Assembly (NCBI GenBank): GCA_900767715.1
Contig: CAAGAD010000005.1
Span: 83,697-147,696 of the forward strand
Direction of reading: 5' to 3'
DNA: 64,000 nt
From: Clostridia bacterium
Lineage (GTDB): Bacteria; Bacillota; Clostridia; Christensenellales; UBA1242
The translations under genes and the position numbers were made by a program. Below are positions 50,101-58,356 of the stretch, piece by piece (within the stretch, counting starts at the first letter, position 1; each line of letters begins with the position of its first letter). The notes below the pieces were generated by a model. It was not told where the DNA came from. It saw only the letters and a program-made list of their open reading frames with translations, and ran no database searches.

Positions 50101-50574
50101 TGCACAAATTTGGGTGGCAAGCGCAAGGTCGTTCACTTCTTGCACACTGTCGCAAGCAACAAAGTTGTACCCAGTTTTTAGGCAAGCGTAGATGTCGCCG
50201 TGGTCGCAGAAGATGTTCAGCGCGTGCGTAGCCACACTGCGCGAAGCCACGTACATAACGTTAGGCAAGTGCTCGCCTGCAATCTTGTACATATTAGGAA
50301 TCATCAACAATAACCCCTGGCTAGATGTAAAGGTGGTGGCGAGTTGTCCACTGGTGAGTGCGCCGTGCATAGCCCCGCTAGCACCCGCTTCGCTCTGCAT
50401 TTCGGTGATGGTCATCGTGTTGCCATATACGTTCGCGACCCCTTCACTGCGCATAAGGTCGCAACTTTCACTCATACTGCTACTAGGCGTAATAGGGTAG
50501 ATAAACGCACTATCATTGCATTGATAGGCGATGTGTGAGGCGGCTGTATTGCCGTCAACTGTGATTCTCTTCAT
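47179..50574 (-). CDS. nifJ: pyruvate:ferredoxin (flavodoxin) oxidoreductase, single-chain
   Basis: About 1,130 aa. Two ferredoxin-type clusters (CIQCNRCSFVCP, CTGCGLCAQVCP) and the ThDP motif GGDGWAYDIGFGGLDH. The second ATG was chosen for spacing from AAGGA. Confidence 0.93.
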   Translation of the reverse strand: MKRITVDGNTAASHIAYQCNDSAFIYPITPSSSMSESCDLMRSEGVANVYGNTMTITEMQSEAGASGAMHGALTSGQLATTFTSSQGLLLMIPNMYKIAGEHLPNVMYVASRSVATHALNIFCDHGDIYACLKTGYNFVACDSVQEVNDLALATQICALKSRLPFVVFFDGFRTSHELNTIDQFTPEEIKSVLPINLVDAFRSVGLNPIKPICKGTAQNPDVFFQNRMASAPAYNNVIENFNSALTQINELTGKNYHTLDYVGDPKAENVIVTLGSSTNSCILACEKREKCGVVQIRLFAPFDEKRLAEILPKTVKNITILDRNADFVNADSLYNAVLNACHNQGIKANLFAGIYGLGGKEFDANMANAVYDNMRKDGKVRFSVGIDDDLSGNSLAVENTYIADDSQYCVRIYGIGSDGSVSASKTLGKILSKITGKYSQGYFEYDSKKSGSMTTSHIRLDDKPIIDSFNSAKVDFLMINNSAFVNKFPYGEYIKDGGVILANMPPKAPISRELVDSLKAKNVHFYTLDATTLAHECGLNNKINNIMLAGFFALNGKFDSKIALLELKNSIMKTLAKKGADVININISALEKARGLLQKIDYDKVEFATTQKSKEKSAFYTNIMQPIASCQGNKIKVSAFNPDGSMPTDTAKLEKRGIADKLPCWISENCIQCNRCSFVCPHSAIRPKFVKNGEEIDGCLAQRNAFGADGKFVLQVSPLDCTGCGLCAQVCPAKQKALQMRPYTECVDNELKKYNSFDKIKSVNPYDRTSVKGSQFEKSYFEFSGACAGCGETPYLKIVSQLFGNRMIIANATGCSSIYSASFPSCPYAEDESGRGPAWANSLFEDNAEYGLGIALGRKNARNCFINRLKNETALSPDVKNIVDKFVANSDDAGISEKCYEQLKELKLSPKEKWILNSNLIVKPSVWIIGGDGWAYDIGFGGLDHVLASGENVNILVLDTEVYSNTGGQTSKSTPRGAMAKFSADGKQTKKKDLPSIAMTYGDVYVANVCLGADPNQLMRALVEAESFDGPSIVFAYAPCINHGIDMKNANLHQRLAVASGYLTLFRYDPRTEHKMQIDSPDPTITMQEFLQTENRFSALRRAEPEQAEILQKLCEQDAIARRENYKKFIK

Positions 50575-50682
50575 AATCATTCCTTATATATGTAAATTCA
50601 TAGTTAAGTGTATATATATTGGCTCAAAAAGTCAAATGTTACAATCGCTTTACGAACTTTTTTTGTTATGTTATAATAAGGT

Positions 50683-51417
50683 ATGAGATATTTATTGCAG
50701 TTAGCCTATAAGGGCACTAATTTCAACGGTTATCAACGCCAGCCAGACAAACGCACCGTCCAAGGCGTGTTGGAAGACGCCATAAACAAGGTTTTTGGCG
50801 AAGAAATCGTGAGTTTTGCGTCAGGCAGAACGGACGCGGGAGTGCATGCGCTCGGTCAAATAGTGCATTTCGATAGCGAAAAGTTCGTAGATTTTTCCAG
50901 CCTAAAATACTCGCTCAATTCGCTTTTGCCTAACGATGTGCGAGTGATGAACATCACTGACGGCGGTCAACTGCACGCACGCTATTCCGCCAAGCACAAA
51001 CGCTATGGCTACACCTTCTATGTGGACGATTGCGAACGAGTTATGCTCACTGACCGCGCATATTTCGTATATGGTGATTTAAATGTCCGCATAATGAAAC
51101 GCGCTTGCCGTCTTTTCAAGGGCGAACACGATTTCAAGGCGTTTCAAGCCACGGGTAGCACGGCAAAGACGACAGTGCGCACAATCTATGATTGCTGTAT
51201 CGTTTACGACCGTATGAACGACACCTACCGCATTGAAGTGGAAGGCAACGGCTTTTTGTATAAAATGGTGCGCTTCATCGCGGGCAGTCTTATCAAGGTG
51301 GGCAAGGGCAAACTAACGCTCGATGAACTCGAAGACGCTATTGACGGCGGTGAATTGCCTAAAAATATCGTCTTGCCAGCCCACGCACTGACTCTATTGA
51401 ATGTAAAATATGACTAA
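50683..51417 (+). CDS. truA: tRNA pseudouridine(38-40) synthase
   Basis: GRTDAGVHALGQIVHF catalytic Asp motif. truA-rplM-rpsI synteny. Confidence 0.92.
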   Translation: MRYLLQLAYKGTNFNGYQRQPDKRTVQGVLEDAINKVFGEEIVSFASGRTDAGVHALGQIVHFDSEKFVDFSSLKYSLNSLLPNDVRVMNITDGGQLHARYSAKHKRYGYTFYVDDCERVMLTDRAYFVYGDLNVRIMKRACRLFKGEHDFKAFQATGSTAKTTVRTIYDCCIVYDRMNDTYRIEVEGNGFLYKMVRFIAGSLIKVGKGKLTLDELEDAIDGGELPKNIVLPAHALTLLNVKYD

Positions 51418-51431
51418 CGCGCCACGCCGGG

Positions 51432-51741
51432 CTGTAAGGCAATATTTACTGGGACGAAGCGTATGCAGTAGGTGGTGTTGCGGGCAGAGTGCTGGCAAAC
51501 GGATATTTGCAGAACTGCTCGTTCAATGGCAACATCATCGGCGTACTCAACACAAAAACTAGCACTGAAAAGTGGCGTGATAGGTAAGTATGAAATAAAT
51601 GGAGCAATCGACTGCACAGCAACTTATACCGACCTAAAATATGCCAAAATAGGTGACACAGCCGAATCACCAACTTACACATATTATCTCTATGACTGGG
51701 CGCAAATGACAACCTATTTGTACAACAAAAAGGTTGTCTAG
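51432..51741 (+). pseudogene. frameshifted 3' remnant of a GLUG-like surface-protein paralog
   Basis: Aligns to nt ~19350-19651. NIYWDEAYAVGGVAGRVLANGYLQNCSFNGNIIGVLNTKTSTEK runs to a stop at 51585-51587. After a frame shift near 51568-51575 it continues GVIGKYEINGAIDCTATYTDLKYAKIGDTAESPTYTYYLYDWAQMTTYLYNKKVV*. There is no 5' part, no start codon and no RBS. Confidence 0.8.
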
Positions 51742-51924
51742 CACGATCTAAGGTTAGAAAACACGAACAAAAATAAACACATTTAAAAAGGGGCGTGAGA
51801 GCCCTTTTTTGCTGTGAAATAGGACGGAGTAACAAGGTTTGGGCGGGGTGAAATTGCACAAAATTGCCCGCAAAACGTGGCACATAAAAAATGCAAAATT
51901 GCGACACAATTTCCAAAAATATGC

Positions 51925-51953
51925 TTGACACACGGCTGGAATTATTATATAAT
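51925..51953 (+). promoter_or_regulatory. rplM-rpsI promoter
   Basis: Consensus TTGACA, 17-nt spacer, TATAAT. A 79-nt leader precedes the ATG. Confidence 0.65.
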
Positions 51954-52032
51954 AACAAACGAATTGATAATCTTAGTTTAGGTATCCACACGCTTAAAGG
52001 GGATTTAGGTTCAAATTTTTAGGGAGAAAAAT

Positions 52033-52473
52033 ATGAATACTATTTCAGCAAACAAATCGACCGTCAACAAGAAATGGTACATCATTGATGCTAATGGCAA
52101 AGTTTTGGGACGTGTAGCAAGCGAAGCAGCAGCAATTCTTCGTGGCAAGCACAAAACCAACTTCACACCAAACGTGGATTGTGGCGACAATGTCATCATC
52201 ATCAATAGTGACAAGGCTGTTTTGACTGGCGATAAACTTACACAGAAAAATTTTAAAACATATTCAGGTTATGTAGGCGGACTTAAACTTACTCCATATA
52301 AGACAATGATGGCAGAGAAATCTGACGTAGCAATGTTGAGAGCAGTTAGAGGTATGCTTCCAAAGAATTCACTTGGACGTAAAATGTTGACACACTGTCA
52401 CGTTTACAAAGACGAAAAGCACGGCCAAGAAGCACAAAAACCAGAAGTATGGACATTGAAGGGGGATAAATAA
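52033..52473 (+). CDS. rplM: 50S ribosomal protein L13
   Basis: [29 protein letters not shown]. Confidence 0.97.
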   Translation: MNTISANKSTVNKKWYIIDANGKVLGRVASEAAAILRGKHKTNFTPNVDCGDNVIIINSDKAVLTGDKLTQKNFKTYSGYVGGLKLTPYKTMMAEKSDVAMLRAVRGMLPKNSLGRKMLTHCHVYKDEKHGQEAQKPEVWTLKGDK

Positions 52474-52475
52474 TT

Positions 52476-53054
52476 ATGGCAGAAGAAGTTAAGACTGTTA
52501 AGACTAGCGAAGAACTAGTTGAAAAGAAAGCCCCTGCAAAGCGTACACGCAAGACCGCAGTTAAGGCTGAGGCAGAGGTTGCTACTACCGAAGTTAAGGA
52601 AGAAGCACCAAAGGCTAAGAGAGCCCCTGCAAAGAAAACTGCTAGCAAGAAAGTGGCTACAAGCAAAGAACAAGTTTTCTGCGCTACTGGTAAACGTAAA
52701 CGTTCAATCGCAAGAGTACGTTTGACTGTCGGCACTGGCAAAATCACAATCAACGGCAGAGATATTGAAGAATACTTGCCACTTGCAACTCTTCGTATCG
52801 TTGCTCGTCAACCATTGACATTGACTGGCACTGACAAGAGCGTTGACATTGAAGCCAACATCATTGGTGGCGGTTTCACTGGTCAAGCAGGCGCTTTGCG
52901 TCACGGCATTACTCGTGCTTTGATGCTCTACAACCCAACTTTGAGAACAGAACTTAAAAAGGCTGGCTTCGTAACTCGCGACGCTCGCATTAAGGAACGT
53001 AAGAAGTACGGTTTGAAGAAGGCTCGTAAGGCTCCACAATTCAGTAAACGTTAG
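52476..53054 (+). CDS. rpsI: 30S ribosomal protein S9 with ~67-aa K/A/E-rich N-terminal extension
   Basis: The canonical S9 core starts at [27 protein letters not shown] and ends [11 protein letters not shown]. It is preceded by [10 protein letters not shown]...[14 protein letters not shown]. Confidence 0.95.
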   Translation: MAEEVKTVKTSEELVEKKAPAKRTRKTAVKAEAEVATTEVKEEAPKAKRAPAKKTASKKVATSKEQVFCATGKRKRSIARVRLTVGTGKITINGRDIEEYLPLATLRIVARQPLTLTGTDKSVDIEANIIGGGFTGQAGALRHGITRALMLYNPTLRTELKKAGFVTRDARIKERKKYGLKKARKAPQFSKR

Positions 53055-53061
53055 TACAAAC

Positions 53062-53091
53062 AAAAAGAGTGTGTTTCTACACTCTTTTTTT
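53062..53091 (+). terminator. rho-independent terminator
   Basis: AGAGTGT-gtttct-ACACTCT hairpin followed by a T7 run. Confidence 0.75.
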
Positions 53092-53128
53092 GTTTCCATT
53101 ATTTGGTTTGTATTTTGTAACTATAAAA

Positions 53129-53800
53129 CTACTTCTTGATAGATACGACTTTGCCAGTTGACGCACTGATTAGCACTCCATAAGTTTGTTCTTTGCACGC
53201 GAACCCAACATACCAATAATATTCGCTCTGCTCGCTAGAAAAGTCTTTCCAAATCTTCACATACACTTCACCGCATAATGTATCTTTTGAGATGTGGTCG
53301 TCAATCTTTCCTTTCAGCGCGTTGTAGGCAATTTTGATTGCGTCGGTTTGGCTGGTGGCAAAGTCTTTTGATACGCAAATAAGGTTGGCTTGCGCCTCAA
53401 AGTCGTCCTTGAATACGCGTGCGCTGACTGTCGCCGTTTGTGGCACATAGATTTCGAGGTCAACCACGTAACCGGACGAATAATCACTCTTTTCAAGGTC
53501 ACCCTCATACTCGAAATTGTCAATCACGACGAAATAGTGTAGGGTAGTGTAGGTTGGCACTTTTGCTGGCTCGAAACTAAACAATGCAAAGTCAACCAAT
53601 TTTTCTACGACGCCGTCCGTTTGATATGGGTCTTCGCGTTTGCCAGACACGAGCGTGAATAGATTGTCTTTGTCCTGACTAACGAAATACGCGTCACGGC
53701 TTTCGACAATGTTTTTCTGCAAAATGGCTAAATTGTCTTGTCCGCAACCGCCCAGCATAAATACCAGTGCAAGCATTGGTAATAAAAAAAACTTCTTCAT
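53129..53800 (-). CDS. lipoprotein, unknown function
   Basis: GAGG RBS before the ATG at 53800. Signal peptide with lipobox MLGGC. Confidence 0.75.
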   Translation of the reverse strand: MKKFFLLPMLALVFMLGGCGQDNLAILQKNIVESRDAYFVSQDKDNLFTLVSGKREDPYQTDGVVEKLVDFALFSFEPAKVPTYTTLHYFVVIDNFEYEGDLEKSDYSSGYVVDLEIYVPQTATVSARVFKDDFEAQANLICVSKDFATSQTDAIKIAYNALKGKIDDHISKDTLCGEVYVKIWKDFSSEQSEYYWYVGFACKEQTYGVLISASTGKVVSIKK

Positions 53801-53846
53801 AAAAAACCTCAATGTATTTTATGAAAAAGTAATTTTTAATAGAACA

Positions 53847-54278
53847 CTATTTGTCCAACAACTCGTTGCGCTTTTGATAATGTCCGCCGTTGAAACGCGT
53901 GGTGATAAACGTTGCTGTTCTTATCTCGGCAGTAGTCTTGCCAGTCTGTCTAGCGCCAAGGCATAGAACGTTGGCATCATTGTGCATACGTGCCGACTTC
54001 ACCGTCTTTGTGTTGTCGCCAAGCACAGCGCGAATGCCTTTAAATCTGTTGGCTTGCATTGTCATTCCAACGCCCGAACCGCACACCAAAATACCGCGGT
54101 TATCCTTGTCTTGCAACACCTTTTTGCACAAAAGTTTTGCATAAGTGTTGTAGTCGTCATCGCTGACAAACTCTGTCGCACCCACATCGATGGCAGAAAT
54201 GCCAAACTTAGCGAGATATTTCACCAAACTATCTTTTAATTTTAGACCATTGTGGTCGCACCCAATGTAAACTTTCAT
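53847..54278 (-). CDS. rpiB: ribose-5-phosphate isomerase B
   Basis: MKVYIGCDHNG, CGSGVGMTMQANR, NDANVLCLGAR. Confidence 0.9.
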   Translation of the reverse strand: MKVYIGCDHNGLKLKDSLVKYLAKFGISAIDVGATEFVSDDDYNTYAKLLCKKVLQDKDNRGILVCGSGVGMTMQANRFKGIRAVLGDNTKTVKSARMHNDANVLCLGARQTGKTTAEIRTATFITTRFNGGHYQKRNELLDK

Positions 54279-54387
54279 TGATTTCTCCTTAATTTATTAT
54301 GCCGTTTTTAAAAACAAAAAGTCAACTAATTTTTAATATGCGAAAAAAACAATTTATTTTTTCTTTCATATATGCTATAATCTAACT

Positions 54388-54864
54388 ATGAAACAGAAAT
54401 TGACAAAGCGTTGCCCAAGGTGCAACACCGTTCTGCCCGTTGGAGTGGGTGTGTGCTATGATTGTGGGCTCAATTTTGACAAATTCAAGAACGCAACCAA
54501 TGCCGAAGCCAAGAAAGCAATGCGCGCGGGCGAAAAAGAGCGCGTGCTAAACTCACGCATTCTGCCTAGCGACGTCAGTAAAACCAAACTTTTGCTCGCT
54601 TGCATATTCGGCGGGTTGTTTGGCGCACACGAGTTTATGGTGGGCAGGTGGCTCAAAGGACTGATTTACACCGTTTTGACCGTGTTGTCATTGAGTTTGA
54701 GCGCGCTGGAAGTGTTCGGCGAACTCGAAACTATTGCAATGCAATACGCGACCGACATCGTTTACACAGCGTGGGCGGTGGTGCTCTTGATTTGGCTCGA
54801 CGATTTGATAAAAATCATATTCAACAGATACAAAGTTCCGGTTTCATTACCATATAAGGATTAA
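54388..54864 (+). CDS. zinc-ribbon + TM2-domain membrane protein
   Basis: CPRCNT...CYDCG ribbon, then the TM2 pattern LLLACIFGGLFGAHEFMVGRWLKGLIYTVL. Confidence 0.7.
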   Translation: MKQKLTKRCPRCNTVLPVGVGVCYDCGLNFDKFKNATNAEAKKAMRAGEKERVLNSRILPSDVSKTKLLLACIFGGLFGAHEFMVGRWLKGLIYTVLTVLSLSLSALEVFGELETIAMQYATDIVYTAWAVVLLIWLDDLIKIIFNRYKVPVSLPYKD

Positions 54865-54866
54865 TT

Positions 54867-55970
54867 ATGTCAACAATAGTTGTAGGATTGAGCGGTGGCG
54901 TGGATTCATCGGTCGCCGCGTACCTTTTGAAACAGCAAGGTAACAACGTGATTGGAATGTTTATGCTTAACTGGGAAGACAGCGACGGGTCGGGCAGGTG
55001 CAATGCACAAGCCGACTTCGAGGACGCGCGCCGAGTGGCAGACAAAATCGGCATTCCATATTACACAGTGAACTATGCAAAAGAATATTGGGACAAGGTC
55101 TTCCAATATTTCCTAGATGAATACAAAAACGGCTTCACGCCAAACCCAGATGTTTTGTGCAATCGCGAAATCAAGTTTGGCCCATTTTTGCAACACGCAA
55201 TGGCAATCGGTGCGGACAAAATCGCCACAGGACATTACGCCAAACTCGTTGAACGCGACGGACAATTCTATCTGTACAAAGCCAAAGATTTAAACAAAGA
55301 CCAGTCATATTTTTTGCACCAACTCAGCCAAGAGCAGTTGTCCAAAACGCTTTTCCCTTTGGACGAGATTGAGAAGCCGAAGGTGAGAGAGATTGCCAAA
55401 GAACTCGGGCTTGTAACGGCGACGAAAAAGGATTCTACCGGCATTTGCTTTATCGGTGAACGCAATTTTAGGCAGTTTATGAAGACCTTTTTGCCAGCAC
55501 AACCGGGCGAAATCCGTGATTTGAACGACAAGGTTGTCGGTCACCACGAGGGTGTTATGTATTATACAATCGGTCAGCGTCGCGGGCTCAACATTGGTGG
55601 CACGGCTGACGGCAATGGCGAGAGATGGTTCGTTGTCAGCAAGGACGTCAAGCGCAACATTCTTTATGTCAACGAAGGCGAATGTAAAGAGATGTTTAGC
55701 GACGGACTGGTTATCAATAATATGCACTGGATTAACGGGACACCAACTGAAAAGAAATTTGCTTGCAACATTAAGTGCAGATATCGCCAACCCGACCAAA
55801 AATGCGAGGTTGAAGTCGTTGATGATAACAAGGTGATTGTTCATTTTGTTGAAGCACAACGCTCGGTCGCATTGGGTCAATATGGTGTGCTTTATGCAGA
55901 CGACGGAATGTGCTATGGCGGTGGCAGAATCGATGAGTTGATACCAATCGCCAACTGGACAAAAAAATAA
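54867..55970 (+). CDS. mnmA: tRNA 2-thiouridine(34) synthase
   Basis: PP-loop VGLSGGVDSSVAAYLL, NPDVLCN, DSTGICFIGE. Confidence 0.93.
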   Translation: MSTIVVGLSGGVDSSVAAYLLKQQGNNVIGMFMLNWEDSDGSGRCNAQADFEDARRVADKIGIPYYTVNYAKEYWDKVFQYFLDEYKNGFTPNPDVLCNREIKFGPFLQHAMAIGADKIATGHYAKLVERDGQFYLYKAKDLNKDQSYFLHQLSQEQLSKTLFPLDEIEKPKVREIAKELGLVTATKKDSTGICFIGERNFRQFMKTFLPAQPGEIRDLNDKVVGHHEGVMYYTIGQRRGLNIGGTADGNGERWFVVSKDVKRNILYVNEGECKEMFSDGLVINNMHWINGTPTEKKFACNIKCRYRQPDQKCEVEVVDDNKVIVHFVEAQRSVALGQYGVLYADDGMCYGGGRIDELIPIANWTKK

Positions 55971-55980
55971 TGCAATTTGG

Positions 55981-56010
55981 AAAGTGAATCAAATTTGGTT
56001 CACTTTTTTT
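55981..56010. terminator. bidirectional terminator between mnmA and mazF-like gene
   Basis: AAAGTGAA...TTCACTTT hairpin flanked by A- and T-runs. Confidence 0.6.
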
Positions 56011-56022
56011 GTTGCATTATTA

Positions 56023-56364
56023 TTACAAACCAAGACTTATATACAGCGCTTGGTCAACGCGATTCATAAACCCGTCAGGTAGGTGAGTGACAAAAGTTTG
56101 CAAGCGCATTTTGTCCAGTGTGCGAATCTGTTCGAGCAGAACCACGCTATCTTTTTTCAGTCCAAAAGTGCGTGCGTCGAGTTCAATGTGTGTTGGCAAT
56201 TTTGCCTTGGAAATTTGGCTAGTGATTGCCGCAATTATGACAGTGGGACTAAACTTGTTGCCAATGTCATTTTGAACAACTAAAACGGGACGCAAACCAC
56301 CTTGCTCGCTACCTACAACGGGACTCAAATCAGCATAGAAAATGTCGCCACGTTTTACTGTCAT
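56023..56364 (-). CDS. mazF: MazF/EndoA-family mRNA interferase toxin
   Basis: [59 protein letters not shown] is close to the Bacillus EndoA pattern. Confidence 0.88.
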   Translation of the reverse strand: MTVKRGDIFYADLSPVVGSEQGGLRPVLVVQNDIGNKFSPTVIIAAITSQISKAKLPTHIELDARTFGLKKDSVVLLEQIRTLDKMRLQTFVTHLPDGFMNRVDQALYISLGL

Positions 56365-56580
56365 TTAATCTCCTAAAATAAACTTTTCTGTAAGTGTCAA
56401 ACTATCTACCACATTGTATAGTTGGTTCAACTCATACATCAGTGACAAATAGTCATTATCAGTGTATGCATTGAGTTGTGAGTTTGAGATTATGTCGGCT
56501 GTGTTTTTGGTGTGTTTATCTTTTGGAAGGTTCTCCTTTTTAGAGTATTCTTTTGCTAGTTCATTAACGTTATATTTCAT
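56365..56580 (-). CDS. putative cognate antitoxin (71 aa), not recognisably RHH/AbrB type
   Basis: Its stop abuts the mazF ATG (TAAATG), and an AGGAG sequence sits inside its 3' end. Assignment is by position only. Confidence 0.5.
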   Translation of the reverse strand: MKYNVNELAKEYSKKENLPKDKHTKNTADIISNSQLNAYTDNDYLSLMYELNQLYNVVDSLTLTEKFILGD

Positions 56581-56866
56581 ATAATTTCCACCCTTAAAAT
56601 TTTTAAACTTTAACTGCTTTTAATTTGTGAAAAAAGATAATAAATATGTAAAAATATTTTGTCTAAAAAATAAATTAATTGTAAAAATAATTAAATGAAT
56701 AATTGTTTAATATATTGAAATAATTTTTAAAATAAATAAAAAATAGCGATAAAATATTAATTTTTATCGCTATTTTACATATTTTTTACGTGTTTTTATA
56801 TTTTTTAATCTAATATTTGTAAATATTTTATTAAATAAATTTGCTAACATTATTTAAAAATAAATA

Positions 56867-57490
56867 TTAATCATCAATTTGATTTTTATAATTTTTTAGA
56901 CAACTATTTATCGTGTCCCAACCGTAACCTTTGTATTGCAAATGACAAATCAATTTCTCAATATTTTTTTGTTCGACGGCGTGAGATAAAAAATATTTAT
57001 CTACAATCTTTTTTGCCGACTCTACGTCCTCAATTTCAGCCACACTTTCGTTGATGATTTCCGGACTGATTCCCGCCTCAAAAAGTTTGTTTTTAATGTA
57101 AGATTTTGACTTGGATTTTTGCATTGAGTTGGTATACATTTTGGCGTAAGTTTCATCGCTAATAAGATTGTATGAACTCATCTTGTCCACCAGTCGATTG
57201 ACAGTGTCTGCCGAGTAGCCTTTTTTATATAAATATGTCCTTAATTGTTTGGCGGTTTTCAACTGCCTTGACACGAAGTTCATAGCATTCGCGCACGCAA
57301 TCAACCACTCACTTTTTTCGACTGCATTTATGAACACTTGTGCATCAATCTCACTGTTCAGCACAATGCCGTATTCAAGCATTGCGTCGGCGTGGAGTTC
57401 AAACACTTCGCCCGTTTCACAAGTCGCCTTGAAAATGTTGGGTTGAGTTTTCTTGGTGTTTTTAAGAGATACAATTTTCATACACAACAT
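56867..57490 (-). CDS. recX: recombination regulator RecX
   Basis: Three-repeat helical pattern: LRTYLYKKGYSADTVNRLVDKM...YIKNKLFEAGISPEIINESV...LQYKGYGWDTINSCL. The start is uncertain (57490 or 57481). Confidence 0.75.
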   Translation of the reverse strand: MLCMKIVSLKNTKKTQPNIFKATCETGEVFELHADAMLEYGIVLNSEIDAQVFINAVEKSEWLIACANAMNFVSRQLKTAKQLRTYLYKKGYSADTVNRLVDKMSSYNLISDETYAKMYTNSMQKSKSKSYIKNKLFEAGISPEIINESVAEIEDVESAKKIVDKYFLSHAVEQKNIEKLICHLQYKGYGWDTINSCLKNYKNQIDD

Positions 57491-57565
57491 TTTATCAAAT
57501 GATTTACTTTTTGTCGAGCAAAGTGTTATACTTGAAATGAAGATTTTTCAAAAGGGGTTGATAAA

Positions 57566-58228
57566 ATGATTGCGATTACGATTGACGGACCATCGGGTTC
57601 GGGCAAGTCCACTGTTGCCGACGTGTTGGCGCTGAAGTTGGGTTTTAACCATTTAAACACGGGCGCATTGTACCGCGCAGTGACGTACGGGTGTTTGCAA
57701 GCGGGCATTCGTCCGGACGAAGATGACAAAATTTCCAATTACATTGCTAACTGCGGGCTTAATGTAAAATTTGTGGGCGGTGACCAAAAAGTTTATTTAG
57801 GCGACCAAGACGTTACGCCTTATTTACGCCAAAACGAGATAAGCGTCCAATCTCCATTATATTCAGTCAGCCCAAGTGTGCGCTATGGTTTGACCGACTT
57901 TTCGCGCAAACTCAGCAAGAAAATGAACATCATTTTGGACGGCAGAGATAGCGGAAGTTTCGTTCTGCCTGACGCGGACTATAAATTTTACCTTGACGCC
58001 AGCGTGACCGAGCGTGCGCACCGTCGCCAATTAGAACTAAAAGCCAAAGGCGAGAGCGTTGACCTTGACACACTAGTCCGCCAACTCACCGAACGCGACG
58101 AGTTTGACAAGCACAAGAAGATTGCTCCGTTGGTCGTGCCAGAGAACGCAATCATCATCGACAACACCCACCTCAACCTTGAACAAACCGCCGAAGAGAT
58201 GATGAAATATATCAAAATAGGCAAATAA
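57566..58228 (+). CDS. cmk: cytidylate kinase
   Basis: IAITIDGPSGSGKSTVA, LNTGALYRA, DGRD. Confidence 0.92.
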   Translation: MIAITIDGPSGSGKSTVADVLALKLGFNHLNTGALYRAVTYGCLQAGIRPDEDDKISNYIANCGLNVKFVGGDQKVYLGDQDVTPYLRQNEISVQSPLYSVSPSVRYGLTDFSRKLSKKMNIILDGRDSGSFVLPDADYKFYLDASVTERAHRRQLELKAKGESVDLDTLVRQLTERDEFDKHKKIAPLVVPENAIIIDNTHLNLEQTAEEMMKYIKIGK

Positions 58229-58356
58229 ACATAGTTTTTTCACTAAAAAGTGGTCATTTATGGCCATTTTTTATGTAAATTTTGAAAATAGGTATTGAAA
58301 AATGGAAAATATGGTGGTATAATGTCGCTATCAAAAACAAAAGGTAGGGGTAATTT

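Noticed and set aside
51446-51991. 181-aa minus-strand ORF
   Set aside because: It is antisense to the GLUG remnant and runs across the terminator and the rplM promoter, so it is spurious.
51954-52032. The rplM 5' leader as a ribosomal-protein (L13-type) autoregulatory leader
   Set aside because: This is plausible from position, but I could not identify the conserved structure by eye. It needs a covariance-model scan.
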